A stretch of DNA of 64,000 bases from assembly GCA_022703585.1 (NCBI GenBank), contig JAKLDJ010000002.1, positions 219,413 through 283,412 on the forward strand, read 5' to 3'. The DNA is from Candidatus Omnitrophota bacterium (lineage in GTDB: Bacteria > Omnitrophota > Gorgyraeia > Zapsychrales > JAKLDJ01). The position numbers were made by a program, and so were the translations under genes. This document shows, one piece after another, positions 29,709 to 39,774 of this stretch; within the stretch, counting starts at the first letter, position 1, and the number at the start of each line of letters is the position of its first letter. The notes beneath the pieces were generated by a model. That model ran no database searches, was not told the DNA's origin, and saw only the letters and a program-made list of their open reading frames with translations.

Positions 29709-30149
29709 TTAGCGGGAGTGCGATTTTTCCCATGGCTCCATCAGCCCTTTAATGACCTTAAAGAGCGGATGAGGCAGAATTTTCTTGGCAGCTAAAAGGT
29801 CCCGATAGCGCTGGCAATCCCGTGTTTTTAATTTCTTCAAAAGATGCCTGAATTCGAAAGCAATCTGACCCCGCGCGACTTTAACGAGATGCGTTTTGGG
29901 CACCGCACGAGATATCTTTCGCGCGTCAAAACAATAACCTCTTTTTTCCGATTCCCTCAACACTGCCAACAGGTAAGAATCAATCGCCGGAACCGGCCGG
30001 GGACATTGCTTAAACCGATCCAGCTGTGGATGGTTTTTATAACCCTTGGTCTTGCCCGTTAAAACTTTTTTTGCTAAGAGCGCTTCTCGCCAAAGCGCGA
30101 CCAACCCCTTGGAATCAAGATACTTGGGATGAATCGACCACAGCCGCAT
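29709..30149 (-). CDS. Putative pyrimidine-dimer DNA glycosylase/AP-lyase family protein.
   Basis: The 146-aa ORF begins MRLWSIHPKYLDSKGLVALWREALLAKKVL, a conserved start seen in proteins annotated as pyrimidine dimer DNA glycosylase. The assignment is from memory, not a search. Confidence 0.45.
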   Translation of the reverse strand: MRLWSIHPKYLDSKGLVALWREALLAKKVLTGKTKGYKNHPQLDRFKQCPRPVPAIDSYLLAVLRESEKRGYCFDARKISRAVPKTHLVKVARGQIAFEFRHLLKKLKTRDCQRYRDLLAAKKILPHPLFKVIKGLMEPWEKSHSR

Positions 30150-30166
30150 AACTGTTATCTCGGATA

Positions 30167-31462
30167 TTACGAGGCCTGTTTAAGCGCCTGATCAATATCA
30201 TTGATAATGTCATCAATATGCTCAATGCCGATGGACAAACGAATAAAATCCGGCGTAACACCCGTCGCCAGCTGCTCTTCTTTTGAAAGTTGCTGGTGAG
30301 TGGTCGTCGCCGGGTGGATGGCTAAACTTTTAGCGTCGCCGATATTAGCCAAATGCGAAACAAGTTGCAGGGAATCGATAAATTTCTTTCCCGCCTCAAT
30401 CCCACCTTTGATGCCGAAACCGATAATGGCCCCCGCTCCCTTAGGTAAATATTTCTTGACCCGTTCTTTTTCCGGGCTCGCATCCAGTCCCGGATAATTA
30501 ACCCAGGCGACCTTACTGTTTTTTTCCAAATATTTGGCAACCGCAAGGGCATTTTCGGAGTGTCGCGGCATCCGAAGGTGCAGCGTCTCCAAGCCTTGCA
30601 GAAATAAAAAAGCGTTAAACGGGGAAAGAGCCGGGCCCATATCGCGAAGAAGGGTCACCCGCGCTTTTATAATATAGGCAATATTGCCCAAGGGCTTAAG
30701 CGCCTCGACAAAATCAATCCCATGATAACTGGCATCGGCACCGGCGATTAACGGAAATTTACCGTTGGTCCATTCAAATTTTCCGGAATCAACAATAACG
30801 CCGCCTAACGACGTTCCGTGGCCGCCGATAAACTTGGTAGCCGAATAGACAACGATATCCGCTCCGAAGTCAATCGGTTTTAAAAGATAGGGCGAAACGG
30901 TATTATCCAACACAAAAGGAATGCCGTTTTTGTGAGCCAGCTTGGCAATGCCTTCGAGATCAGCAACGTCTAATTTTGGGTTACCGATCGATTCGGCGTA
31001 GAAAGCCTTGGTTTTTGGGCTAACGGCTTTCTGAAAGGCATCGAGGTCGTTGGATTTGACGAACTTTACCTTAATTCCCAGACGAGGAAAGGTGTAATGA
31101 AATAAAGTGTACGTCCCGCCGTAAAGATTATCCGCAGAAACAATCTCATCCCCGGCCTGGGCAATATTTAAAAGGCCTAAGGTAATAGCGGACTGGCCGC
31201 TGGCAACGGCCAGGGCACCCGCTGCGCCGTCTAAAAGGGCCACCCTTTTTTCCAGGACATCAGTGGTAGGATTCATCAATCTCGTATAGATATTACCAAA
31301 TTCTTTTAAGGCAAATAAATTAGCGGCATGTTCGGTGTTTTTAAATTGATACGACGTCGTCTGGTAAATAGGAACCGCCCGCGAACCCGTCGTCGGATCG
31401 GCTTCTTGGCCGCCGTGAACAGCAAGTGTTTCCGCTTTTAGCTTCTTATCGATCTTCGTCAT
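30167..31462 (-). CDS. metY: O-acetylhomoserine/O-acetylserine sulfhydrylase (PLP-dependent).
   Basis: The 431-aa ORF has the Cys/Met metabolism PLP-enzyme motifs [25 protein letters not shown] and [10 protein letters not shown]. Confidence 0.85.
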   Translation of the reverse strand: MTKIDKKLKAETLAVHGGQEADPTTGSRAVPIYQTTSYQFKNTEHAANLFALKEFGNIYTRLMNPTTDVLEKRVALLDGAAGALAVASGQSAITLGLLNIAQAGDEIVSADNLYGGTYTLFHYTFPRLGIKVKFVKSNDLDAFQKAVSPKTKAFYAESIGNPKLDVADLEGIAKLAHKNGIPFVLDNTVSPYLLKPIDFGADIVVYSATKFIGGHGTSLGGVIVDSGKFEWTNGKFPLIAGADASYHGIDFVEALKPLGNIAYIIKARVTLLRDMGPALSPFNAFLFLQGLETLHLRMPRHSENALAVAKYLEKNSKVAWVNYPGLDASPEKERVKKYLPKGAGAIIGFGIKGGIEAGKKFIDSLQLVSHLANIGDAKSLAIHPATTTHQQLSKEEQLATGVTPDFIRLSIGIEHIDDIINDIDQALKQAS

Positions 31463-31489
31463 CTAAGCCTCCGTAGTGGTGCACGTTCT

Positions 31490-31807
31490 TTATTCTGTTA
31501 AGCACAAAAGGATAGCTAAGTCTTCTTCGGCCTTTAGGGAATGCGGAGAATTGGCGGGCATATGGATAAAAACCCCGGGCGCTAAATCGATATCCTTCCC
31601 GCATAAATTAAAGGTCCCCTTGCCTCTCAACACCTGGACACACCCGTTTTTGGTGGACGTATGCGTATCAATATCGCTACCCTTGGCCAGGCACATCAAA
31701 GTATAATTATAAGTCTTGGACTTGGCCAGGACTTTGCTAAAAATCCCGCCATTGGAAAATTTCATGATCTCGTTTAGGTTTAGAGAAAATCCTTTTTCGG
31801 CCATCAC
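31490..31807 (-). CDS. Cupin-domain protein.
   Basis: A 105-aa small beta-barrel protein with His-containing cupin motifs. Confidence 0.55.
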   Translation of the reverse strand: MMAEKGFSLNLNEIMKFSNGGIFSKVLAKSKTYNYTLMCLAKGSDIDTHTSTKNGCVQVLRGKGTFNLCGKDIDLAPGVFIHMPANSPHSLKAEEDLAILLCLTE

Positions 31808-31920
31808 AAAACCTCTTTCGGAAAAAACTTTTAGAATAATATTATAATAGAAAATTTGGCTTAGAGTAAGTTATTTTGCGGTGAGTTACAGGAGGATGGG
31901 GCTTAAAAAGTACAGGTAAT

Positions 31921-32400
31921 TTAATAAGTTTTTTTGCCTTTTTGCCTCGACCAGAAACGAAAAAGCTCCAGGTTTTCTTTGTAGAGAAAACCTTTTTCCA
32001 GCTTCACCGGGCTCCTTCCCGACTGTTTCATTTTCTGACAGGAAATAGTCAGCTCGTGAAAACCGAAATGTTTCGCGTCCTTAATCGCCGCCCCGTAGAC
32101 AACCTTTGAAATCCGCGCCCAGTGACAGGCGCTAAAACACATCGGGCACGGCTCGCAGGTCGAATAAATAACACAACCCCGTAAATCGATTGTTTTAAGC
32201 GTCCGGCAGGCCCGGCGGATAGCCGTTATTTCAGCGTGAGCGGTAATATCGGTAGTTTTCCAGACAATATTGTGCGCAAGGGCAACGACTTTCCCTTTTT
32301 TAACAACGCAGGCGCCGAAAGGCGTCTGGCCTTTTTTGACACCCTGATGGGCCTTTTTGATGGCAAGATCCATATAGTATTCGGCGGTTTTGGGTTTCAT
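31921..32400 (-). CDS. CDA-fold nucleoside/nucleotide deaminase (TadA/guanine deaminase-like).
   Basis: It has the HAEITAI and CEPCPMC zinc-binding motifs. Confidence 0.8.
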   Translation of the reverse strand: MKPKTAEYYMDLAIKKAHQGVKKGQTPFGACVVKKGKVVALAHNIVWKTTDITAHAEITAIRRACRTLKTIDLRGCVIYSTCEPCPMCFSACHWARISKVVYGAAIKDAKHFGFHELTISCQKMKQSGRSPVKLEKGFLYKENLELFRFWSRQKGKKTY

Positions 32401-32435
32401 GGGATTTTTATGAGAGCAGTTGTGTTATAGCAATC

Positions 32436-32464
32436 GGGCGCCCCCGCCTTTGGCGGGGGCGCCC
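32436..32464. terminator. GC-rich perfect hairpin (gggcgcccccgcc tttg gcgggggcgccc) between the convergent ends of two minus-strand genes.
   Basis: A 12-13 bp perfect stem with a T-tract (GGTTTT) on the plus-strand side only. Confidence 0.5.
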
Positions 32465-32505
32465 GGTTTTGATCACTTATATTTAACGATTATTCCTTCC
32501 AATCG

Positions 32506-33171
32506 TTATTTCTTAAAGAAATCATGCAGGACTCTGGCAGCAATATCTCTCCCGCCCAAACCAAATGCCAGCGCTAAGGCAAGGCAAATAGCCGCAAAGA
32601 AGATATTAAACGCCGTTCCCACTAGAAGCGCCGCAATTCCCAGTTCGCTTAAAGAAATAACAATAGTGAAAATCACAATCGCCCAGCGGGTTAAACCGAC
32701 CAGGAGGTCTGCCCGCGGTATTTTGGCATTATTCGCGGTCGCAGCAACGATTCCGGCAATCAGGTTGGCCAAGAACATGCCGATGACCAGCACAAACAAA
32801 GCCGAAATCACGCGCGGGATATAGCTTGTCAATTGCTCAAGGAGCTGAGAAGCAACGGTAAGGCCGATAGCATTAACCGCCATCACCAGCACCATGATCA
32901 TGACTAGCCAGTACACTAAACCGGCCACCATTTCATTGGCAGTTGTACTAATGCCGCCTTGTTTCAGGACATTGCTGATACCGGCCTTGTCAGCGATGCT
33001 GTTGAATTTAATCGCATCCATCAGCTTCTGAGTAAGTTTGGCGAGAGTTTTGGCAATAATCCAACCCACAATAAGAATAACCAAAACACCAAACAGCACA
33101 GGGATAAAACCGGCAATCATTGTAAGCATCTTTCGAAGCGGATCGATAATTAATAGATCCCAACTTGTCAT
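32506..33171 (-). CDS. Integral membrane protein with a conserved TM-helix repeat (MscS-associated TM_helix family).
   Basis: The 221-aa ORF has repeated hydrophobic helices. Confidence 0.55.
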   Translation of the reverse strand: MTSWDLLIIDPLRKMLTMIAGFIPVLFGVLVILIVGWIIAKTLAKLTQKLMDAIKFNSIADKAGISNVLKQGGISTTANEMVAGLVYWLVMIMVLVMAVNAIGLTVASQLLEQLTSYIPRVISALFVLVIGMFLANLIAGIVAATANNAKIPRADLLVGLTRWAIVIFTIVISLSELGIAALLVGTAFNIFFAAICLALALAFGLGGRDIAARVLHDFFKK

Positions 33172-33354
33172 ATGCCCCTCCTCCTTTTGTTAGGTTAGGA
33201 AACTTTAGGCGTTCCTTTGCCTTAACCCATATTATAAGACTTTCCCGTCGCCCTCAAAGTAAAAAATAAAGAATTTAGCGACTTTGGCGCTGGAGAGAAA
33301 TTTAACGAGATAACCCGCAAAACCCTGTTTTACCCTTTAAAGAAGATGTTTCTT

Positions 33355-35469
33355 TTAGAGCACAATCCTTGCATCGACCGCGTAACTGCCGTCTTTGCTG
33401 GTCATAAGAGGATTAATATCGATTTCTTTAACCAAGGGTGCGAGTTTCTGGATAGCGCACAACGTTTGAATAATGGAAGGTTTATTGGCGGTAAGGCCCC
33501 GGAAGCCTTCTAATATCTTCCGGCCCTTGATATCATTGATAAGCCGTTCGGCCTCGACTTTACCGAAAGGAACAATGCGAAAAGAAACGTCTTTTAAGAC
33601 TTCCACAAAAACCCCGCCCAAGCCAAACATAACCACGGGGCCAAATTGGGGGTCATGGTTTAACCCGACGATACACTCAATGCCTTTAACCATTTGAATC
33701 AGGTTAATCCCCAGGATATTGGCTTTGGGTGCTGCCGCTTTAACCTGCTGCATCATTAAATTGAACTTTGTCCTTAATTCCTCGTCATTACGGATATTAA
33801 GAATAACCCCGCCTACATCCGTCTTGTGGACAATATCAACCGAAGCGATCTTGATCGCCAGAGGATACATGTCTTTTGCCTGGCGCACGGCGTCTTCAGC
33901 GGTTGTGGCAAAACCCCACTTGGGCGTAGGGACACCGCAAAGCTCCAAGACCTTGCGAGCCTCGTGTTCCATGAGGATGTTGCGGTTTTCTTTCTTTACC
34001 TTCTCAATCAAATCAACCGCCTCTTTAGGGGCACAAGCAGTTTCGGGATTATCTTTTACACGGCAAGAAATATCTTTCCAGGTATGTAAAACCTTAAGTG
34101 CCGAAACAGCCTGAGTAACCGAGGTAAACGCAGGGATATGGTGTTCGTTAAGATAATAAATAGCGTCGCGGGTCTTTTCGCCCCCTACCATTGCCACAAC
34201 GATGGGTTTGTTCCTGCCCACGGCTTCATATTCCTCCTGGATAGCCTTAGCAATATCCAAGGCATTGGTAATAACGGTTTCACAGTAAAGAATGATACCG
34301 GCGTTAATCTTATCTTCGCGCAGCACGATATTAACCGCCTGTTTATAATTGGCGGCCTTGGCCTGGCCGGTAATATCCACGGGATTTTTGGTACTGCCAA
34401 AGTCCGGCATGGTTACCCTGAATTTCTCCTCCAGCCATTTGGGGTCATCCAAGATCTTGATATCCGCAGTCTCGCATTCGTCGGTCGTGCGTACCCCGAT
34501 ACCGCCACCGTTGGTAATAATGACCGTTTCTTCGCCTTTAGGCGCGGGGAGCGAAAGGCTCCGCGACCAACCGAAGGCCTCGGTAAAAGTTTTAGCCCTT
34601 AGAATCCCTAATTGCTTAAAAGCCGCATCATAAATCTTATCCGCCCCGGCCAAAGAGCCGGTATGAGACACGGCTGCTTTAGCTCCGCGCTGGGAACAGC
34701 CTACTTTAAGGACTACGACGGGCTTCTTCACTTGCGTTTGCATAAACTTGCGGCCCTGCTTGATGCCTTCCATGTAAATTAAAATAACCTCGACGTTGCC
34801 GTCCTGGTTAAAATATTCAATCAATTCTTTTTCTTCGATATCTGCTTTGTTACCTACGCTAACCAGTGAGGCCAGGCCGATTTTTTCCATCGTCGTCCAA
34901 CCCATGAGGGCAATTCCTAAAGCACCGCTTTGAGAGACAAATGCGATTTTTCCGGGCAAGATATCGCGGGGGCCAAAACTGGCGTTGAGTTTGCTGGGGG
35001 TATAAATAATTCCGAAAATATTGGGGCCGATCAACGCCATATTGGCTTTGTCGGCGACGTTTTTAAGCTTTAACTCTTCATCCTTTTTGCCGACTTCGGC
35101 AAAACCGGACGTAATAACCGCTACACTCTTGACATTCTTGGCGGCACATTCTTCCATGGCCGATAAAACATGCGCGGTGGGAATAGCAATAATGGCCAAA
35201 TCAACGCTATCCGGAACCTCGCCAATCGTAGGGTAAGTTTTTAATCCCAGCACCTGGTTTTCGTGACGATTAATCGGAAAGACATTCCCCTCAAAACCGC
35301 CGCCGATAATATTTTTTAGGATCTGGTGGCCGATTTTCTCCGGATTGGTCGAGGCACCGATAATAGCAACGCTTTTGGGCTTAAAAATCGCGCCTAGATC
35401 TTTTGTATTTTTTCCGCAAGAATCCGAATCCTGATTTTGGTTAAGGGGCGATACCGGAGGGCACGACAT
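33355..35469 (-). CDS. ADP-forming acetyl-CoA synthetase (fused alpha-beta ACD; CoA-binding, succinyl-CoA synthetase-like and ATP-grasp domains).
   Basis: The 704-aa ORF has the N-terminal KSVAIIGASTNPEKIGHQILKNI CoA-binding motif and a C-terminal ATP-grasp. Confidence 0.85.
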   Translation of the reverse strand: MSCPPVSPLNQNQDSDSCGKNTKDLGAIFKPKSVAIIGASTNPEKIGHQILKNIIGGGFEGNVFPINRHENQVLGLKTYPTIGEVPDSVDLAIIAIPTAHVLSAMEECAAKNVKSVAVITSGFAEVGKKDEELKLKNVADKANMALIGPNIFGIIYTPSKLNASFGPRDILPGKIAFVSQSGALGIALMGWTTMEKIGLASLVSVGNKADIEEKELIEYFNQDGNVEVILIYMEGIKQGRKFMQTQVKKPVVVLKVGCSQRGAKAAVSHTGSLAGADKIYDAAFKQLGILRAKTFTEAFGWSRSLSLPAPKGEETVIITNGGGIGVRTTDECETADIKILDDPKWLEEKFRVTMPDFGSTKNPVDITGQAKAANYKQAVNIVLREDKINAGIILYCETVITNALDIAKAIQEEYEAVGRNKPIVVAMVGGEKTRDAIYYLNEHHIPAFTSVTQAVSALKVLHTWKDISCRVKDNPETACAPKEAVDLIEKVKKENRNILMEHEARKVLELCGVPTPKWGFATTAEDAVRQAKDMYPLAIKIASVDIVHKTDVGGVILNIRNDEELRTKFNLMMQQVKAAAPKANILGINLIQMVKGIECIVGLNHDPQFGPVVMFGLGGVFVEVLKDVSFRIVPFGKVEAERLINDIKGRKILEGFRGLTANKPSIIQTLCAIQKLAPLVKEIDINPLMTSKDGSYAVDARIVL

Positions 35470-35591
35470 GATTTTACCTTTCTATGATTAGAAATAAATG
35501 AATAACAGATCTTAATAACGATACAATTATAGTTTTATAAGGCATTCTGTCAAGAGGGATTGAGCGGCCGCGCAAAAACCTCGCCTTAGCG

Positions 35592-36062
35592 TTAAAGCTC
35601 GCCGATATCTTCATTCCATAATGCAGGATTATGGGTAATAAATTCGTCCATCATGACCTTGCATTCATCCAGGTCAAGGTCAATAATTTTAATGCCGTGG
35701 CTTTCCATAAATTTTTTCGCGCCCGGAAAGGTCTTTGATTCTCCGGCAACAACCTTCTTGATCCCAAACTGCACCGCGGCTCCGGCACAAAAATAGCAGG
35801 GCATCAGCGTCGAATACAAGGTCGTTCCCTTATAACTCCCCACCCTTCCGGCATTGGTCAGGCAATCCGTTTCGGCGTGCATCACCGGGTTGTTATCCTG
35901 TACGCGTTTATTGTGGCCCCGGCCGATGATCTTATTGTCTTTAACTAGGACCGAACCGATAGGAATACCGCCCTCCTTAAGGCCCGCCTGGGCCTCGGCA
36001 ATAGCGGCGCTCATGAATTCATCAATACCTTGCGGATCTTTTTGAGGGGACTTCTTTTCCAT
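35592..36062 (-). CDS. CDA-fold deaminase (cytosine/nucleoside deaminase family).
   Basis: It has HAETDCL and PCYFCAGA zinc-ligand motifs. Confidence 0.8.
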   Translation of the reverse strand: MEKKSPQKDPQGIDEFMSAAIAEAQAGLKEGGIPIGSVLVKDNKIIGRGHNKRVQDNNPVMHAETDCLTNAGRVGSYKGTTLYSTLMPCYFCAGAAVQFGIKKVVAGESKTFPGAKKFMESHGIKIIDLDLDECKVMMDEFITHNPALWNEDIGEL

Positions 36063-36064
36063 TT

Positions 36065-37084
36065 TTACCGGTAAAACATCATTTTGCTTTCGGTGAATTT
36101 CACAATCTGCTCCATCATCAAAACTGTTTCTACCGGATAAATCCCTGCCGCGGTTTCTCCCGAGAGCATTATAAAATCCGTGCCGTCTAAAATCGCATTG
36201 GCGACATCGGTTACTTCCGCGCGAGTAGGGCGCGCATGATACGTCATGCTTTCCAGCATTTGGGTAGCAGTAATACTTAATTTCTTATTCTGGTTACAAC
36301 GCACAATAATATCCTTCTGGATAAAGGGGATCTGATAGATCGGCATCGACACGCCCAGATCGCCCCGGGCAACTAAAATACCGTCGCAGGCCGCAATGAT
36401 CTCATCAAGATTGCCCACCCCTTCTTTGTTTTCAATCTTGGCGACAATCTTACAATCCGGCAGAAAGGGCTTGACCATCTTATAGACCAGCAAAATATCC
36501 CTCTGGTTGCGGACAAACGACTGGGCGATATAATCAACCTTATTCTTTATCCCAAAAATAATGTCCTTATTATCCTTCTCGGTCAAAATATTGGCTTTGA
36601 GCTTTAGGTCGGGAATATTGACGCCTTTTCGCGATTTTAAGATTCCGCCGTGCACGATTTTCAGCTTGATCCTTTTACCCTGACAACCGACGATCTTTAA
36701 AGCCAGCATGCCGTCATCGATAAACACATGCATCCCCTTCCTGAAACCACCCATGTCGACGTTCGACTCTAAGGGGATATGCCTTTTCCCGTTGCCGGCA
36801 TCAGCAGACATGGAAATTTCTTCGCCTTCTTTAAGCTCAACGGGATGTTTAAGGTGCCCCACCCTCATACGGTAACCTTCCAGGTCCTGAAGGATCTTGA
36901 TATTCCGTTTAAATTTCTTATTAATATTTCTGATATTGTCAATGGTCATCTGGTGCTGGGCTTCATCGCCGTGAGAGAAATTTAACCGCGCCACATCCAT
37001 GCCGGCTTTGGCCATTGCCAGGATAGTCTTAGGATTCAGGCTCGCCGGCCCGAGGGTGCAAATAATCTCCGTGTGAGGTGACAT
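36065..37084 (-). CDS. pyk: Pyruvate kinase, a short form with A and B domains only and no C-terminal regulatory domain.
   Basis: ICTLGPAS, ARLNFSHG, MLESM, PTRAEVTDVANA and SGETA motifs are present. The ORF ends at 339 aa. Confidence 0.85.
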   Translation of the reverse strand: MSPHTEIICTLGPASLNPKTILAMAKAGMDVARLNFSHGDEAQHQMTIDNIRNINKKFKRNIKILQDLEGYRMRVGHLKHPVELKEGEEISMSADAGNGKRHIPLESNVDMGGFRKGMHVFIDDGMLALKIVGCQGKRIKLKIVHGGILKSRKGVNIPDLKLKANILTEKDNKDIIFGIKNKVDYIAQSFVRNQRDILLVYKMVKPFLPDCKIVAKIENKEGVGNLDEIIAACDGILVARGDLGVSMPIYQIPFIQKDIIVRCNQNKKLSITATQMLESMTYHARPTRAEVTDVANAILDGTDFIMLSGETAAGIYPVETVLMMEQIVKFTESKMMFYR

Positions 37085-37107
37085 AAAAAGGCTCCTTAAG
37101 GTTCCGC

Positions 37108-37428
37108 TTACTCTTCCGGGGAAGTTTCTGTACCTGCGCCAAAACCGCCCTTTAAACCGCTTAACAATTTCGACAATGTGCCCATGAATATGAGCGTAAT
37201 GATAACGAAGAAAATGCCGACGACAACAACAGCAATATTCTGAAACTGCTTTTTCTTCTTTTTCTCCTGGGCCTCAAATATCAAGACCGCCAGCTCTTCT
37301 TCGCGGATTTCTCCGTTCGGCTCCTTAACCTGGGCAATATTGATGTTAAAAGAACGGGCAAGATCAACGAGGGCCTTGTGCCGCTCGGTTTTATCCGGAA
37401 TGGCTAATAATTCATCGAGGGTATTCAT
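37108..37428 (-). CDS. Hypothetical small membrane protein with a Lys-rich linker.
   Basis: A 106-aa ORF with one predicted TM helix. No recognisable family. Confidence 0.4.
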   Translation of the reverse strand: MNTLDELLAIPDKTERHKALVDLARSFNINIAQVKEPNGEIREEELAVLIFEAQEKKKKKQFQNIAVVVVGIFFVIITLIFMGTLSKLLSGLKGGFGAGTETSPEE

Positions 37429-37433
37429 GATTC

Positions 37434-37805
37434 TTATGAAATATACTTTTTTATCTTGGAAAGCAATTCATCCGCATCAAAAGGCTTTAAGACATAATCG
37501 TTGGCCCCGTAGAATCCATGGACTTCATGGATAAAATCTTTTTCGATAGATTTTGCCGTAAAAACAATGATCGGAATATGTTTAATGCTGTCGTCGGAGC
37601 GCACCTCATCACAAATCTGGTAACCGTCTTTGTACGGCATCATAATATCCAAAAGGATTAGATCAGGGCGCATCTTTTTAATCGTATCCATGGCCTCTTT
37701 TGGCGAATTGAGCACCGTTACTTTGTAACCGGCATGCTCAAGCCTCGCCCTGGTAATCTGGGCGATATCGACTTCGTCGTCGATTAAAAGTATTTCTTTA
37801 GCCAA
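37434..37805 (-). CDS. Single-domain response regulator (receiver).
   Basis: It has the conserved segment EILLIDDEVD...ILLDIMMPYKDG. Confidence 0.85.
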   Translation of the reverse strand: MAKEILLIDDEVDIAQITRARLEHAGYKVTVLNSPKEAMDTIKKMRPDLILLDIMMPYKDGYQICDEVRSDDSIKHIPIIVFTAKSIEKDFIHEVHGFYGANDYVLKPFDADELLSKIKKYIS

Positions 37806-37831
37806 AATCGCTGACTCCCTTTATAAGAAAA

Positions 37832-38635
37832 CTATTTCTTTCCTTGTCCGCTCTCAAGATAACGGCTTATGTCTTTTATAAACGTCGATTCATTAAACCG
37901 CCCCAGATAAAGATTGGCGCCCGCACTCATACAGCCAGACTTGGCCGCATCAATCGCTAACGCCTTCTCCCGCACCGAGGCACTGCCTAAATCCGCCGCG
38001 ATAAAATAATTATAAACAATGACGGGCTTGTGCTCCGACTGCGGCAAGCGGCGCAACACCTTAATGACCTCCTGGGCAGACATGTCGTTCATCTGAACAT
38101 CCATCACAATAACATCGGGTAAAAATTGGACAACCTTGCTGATCACTTCAGGGCCGGTTAAGGTAAAATCGGTTTGGCAGCCCACCCGCTTAAGTTGTAA
38201 CGCTATTTCCTCGACAACCGCCTTGGTGGAACCGGCGACGAGGATTTTCTTTTCACTTCTTACTTGGGGAGCATCGAGAGATAGGAGGCTTTCGACTTTG
38301 GCAAGAAGTTCATGGCTTTCAAAAGGCTTGGGGATAAAATCGTCAACTCCCGCGACCTTAAAAGTGTCTTCCATCAAGCCGCGGGCCGTCAAGACAATAA
38401 CGGGGATCTGCGCAGTAATCAAATTCTTCTTAAGTTCCTTATATAAGGTAAAACCATCCATAACCGGCATGAGGACATCGGTAATGATAAGATCCACGAC
38501 CTCTGTTTTTAACTTATCCAAAGCCTCCTGCCCGTTGATGGCCGTTGTCACCTCATACCCCTTCGCCTCCAACCTGAATCGAATAACCGAAAGAATATCG
38601 GCCTCGTCATCGACAACAAGAATCTTTTTTGCCAT
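37832..38635 (-). CDS. Response regulator with an N-terminal receiver and a second, degenerate receiver-like domain.
   Basis: The first half has KILVVDDEADIL...IITDVLMPVMDG. The second half, VIVMDVQMNDMSAQE, is receiver-like. Confidence 0.8.
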   Translation of the reverse strand: MAKKILVVDDEADILSVIRFRLEAKGYEVTTAINGQEALDKLKTEVVDLIITDVLMPVMDGFTLYKELKKNLITAQIPVIVLTARGLMEDTFKVAGVDDFIPKPFESHELLAKVESLLSLDAPQVRSEKKILVAGSTKAVVEEIALQLKRVGCQTDFTLTGPEVISKVVQFLPDVIVMDVQMNDMSAQEVIKVLRRLPQSEHKPVIVYNYFIAADLGSASVREKALAIDAAKSGCMSAGANLYLGRFNESTFIKDISRYLESGQGKK

Positions 38636-38844
38636 ATCCGTTAACCCCTAAACTTGGCTATTTTAAACGACCCTCAATCTTTTTACGTGTTCTCTCCTTA
38701 AAACAAATACAAGTAGCAGAAAATCATCCATATTTGCCGGGACTAAACAGGAAAGGTTTCCGGCCTAAAGACAATAGTATTTTAGTCTCGAGGGTTAGGG
38801 TAAGCAAGACAAAAACTTAAAACCAGCCCCCTCGATCGGAAGAA

Positions 38845-39774
38845 TCAGAAAAGGCGAACGTTTATGTTTTTTTCCGTTTGCGCCGGAGATTCTTGGGGAT
38901 TTGATCTTCGCAAACCAAGGGCCCTGGCCAAGGCATCCTCGGAATCCCGCTTCTCCCCTAACTCGCCGTAAGACAATCCCAGATATTGCAAAACATCCGC
39001 CTGCCTCGGATTAATTCTTAAGGATTCCAAAAGAAAATAAACGGCTTGTCTGTATTCCTTCAATTGGTAAGCCGCAAAACCGGCATAGTAGTAGAAAAAG
39101 TCCTTGCTGTCGGGAACCGACTTGGTCGCATACAAAGCCAGATTGAGCATTTTCTGATAATCCTGCAACTTCTGATAGCTAAGCATCAATAGCCGGTAGC
39201 AACCTTCATAACCTTCCTTAATCCCGACGGCAATTGATCCATCCAAAACTTTAGCCTCCTTCATAAGCTGCCAGTAAATAAATGACGCATACAAAGATTT
39301 GGCCGTAACATCCGGAGGAATGGAAAGTGCCTGTTCCAGCGAATCAGCCGCCTTTGAATAAAACCCTTTTTTAAAATAGATCACGCCGAGATTATACTGC
39401 GGCCACAGACAGCCAGGATCCAGCACCACCGCCTTTTCATAAAAGGAAATCGCCTTTTCCTCATCGCCATAATAGTAGCAACAAAATCCCAACACGGCGA
39501 GGATATCGGCTCCGCTCCCGGCATATTCATTGACCTTTTCATAGAATTCAATGTAAGGCTCCAATATTTCAGGACGGGCTGACTCCTGCCCCTGAGAAAT
39601 CTTTACCAATTTTACCAACGGAGGTTTTAGATAGTCGAGCCGATCAGCTCTGAAATTTCTTTTGCTGATGATACTGGCAGTGCACAAAAAGGCAATAAGG
39701 TAAAGCACACCCACCCGCCTACTTAAGGAAATAATCCTTCCGGTCAGATCTTTGACTTCCAATCGTTGCCTCAT
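38845..39774 (-). CDS. TPR-repeat protein with an N-terminal TM/signal anchor.
   Basis: The 309-aa ORF has repeated TPR-like A/Y/L patterns. Confidence 0.65.
   Translation of the reverse strand: MRQRLEVKDLTGRIISLSRRVGVLYLIAFLCTASIISKRNFRADRLDYLKPPLVKLVKISQGQESARPEILEPYIEFYEKVNEYAGSGADILAVLGFCCYYYGDEEKAISFYEKAVVLDPGCLWPQYNLGVIYFKKGFYSKAADSLEQALSIPPDVTAKSLYASFIYWQLMKEAKVLDGSIAVGIKEGYEGCYRLLMLSYQKLQDYQKMLNLALYATKSVPDSKDFFYYYAGFAAYQLKEYRQAVYFLLESLRINPRQADVLQYLGLSYGELGEKRDSEDALARALGLRRSNPQESPAQTEKNINVRLF

Noticed and set aside
38136-38651. 171-aa plus-strand ORF.
   Set aside because: It lies entirely inside the response-regulator gene on the opposite strand. It is Ser/Thr-rich with low complexity, a typical antisense artefact.
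38780-38835. Weak stem (cgaggg/ccctcg) downstream of the response-regulator pair.
   Set aside because: The stem is only 6 bp with a loop of about 40 nt, so it is not convincing as a terminator or repeat.
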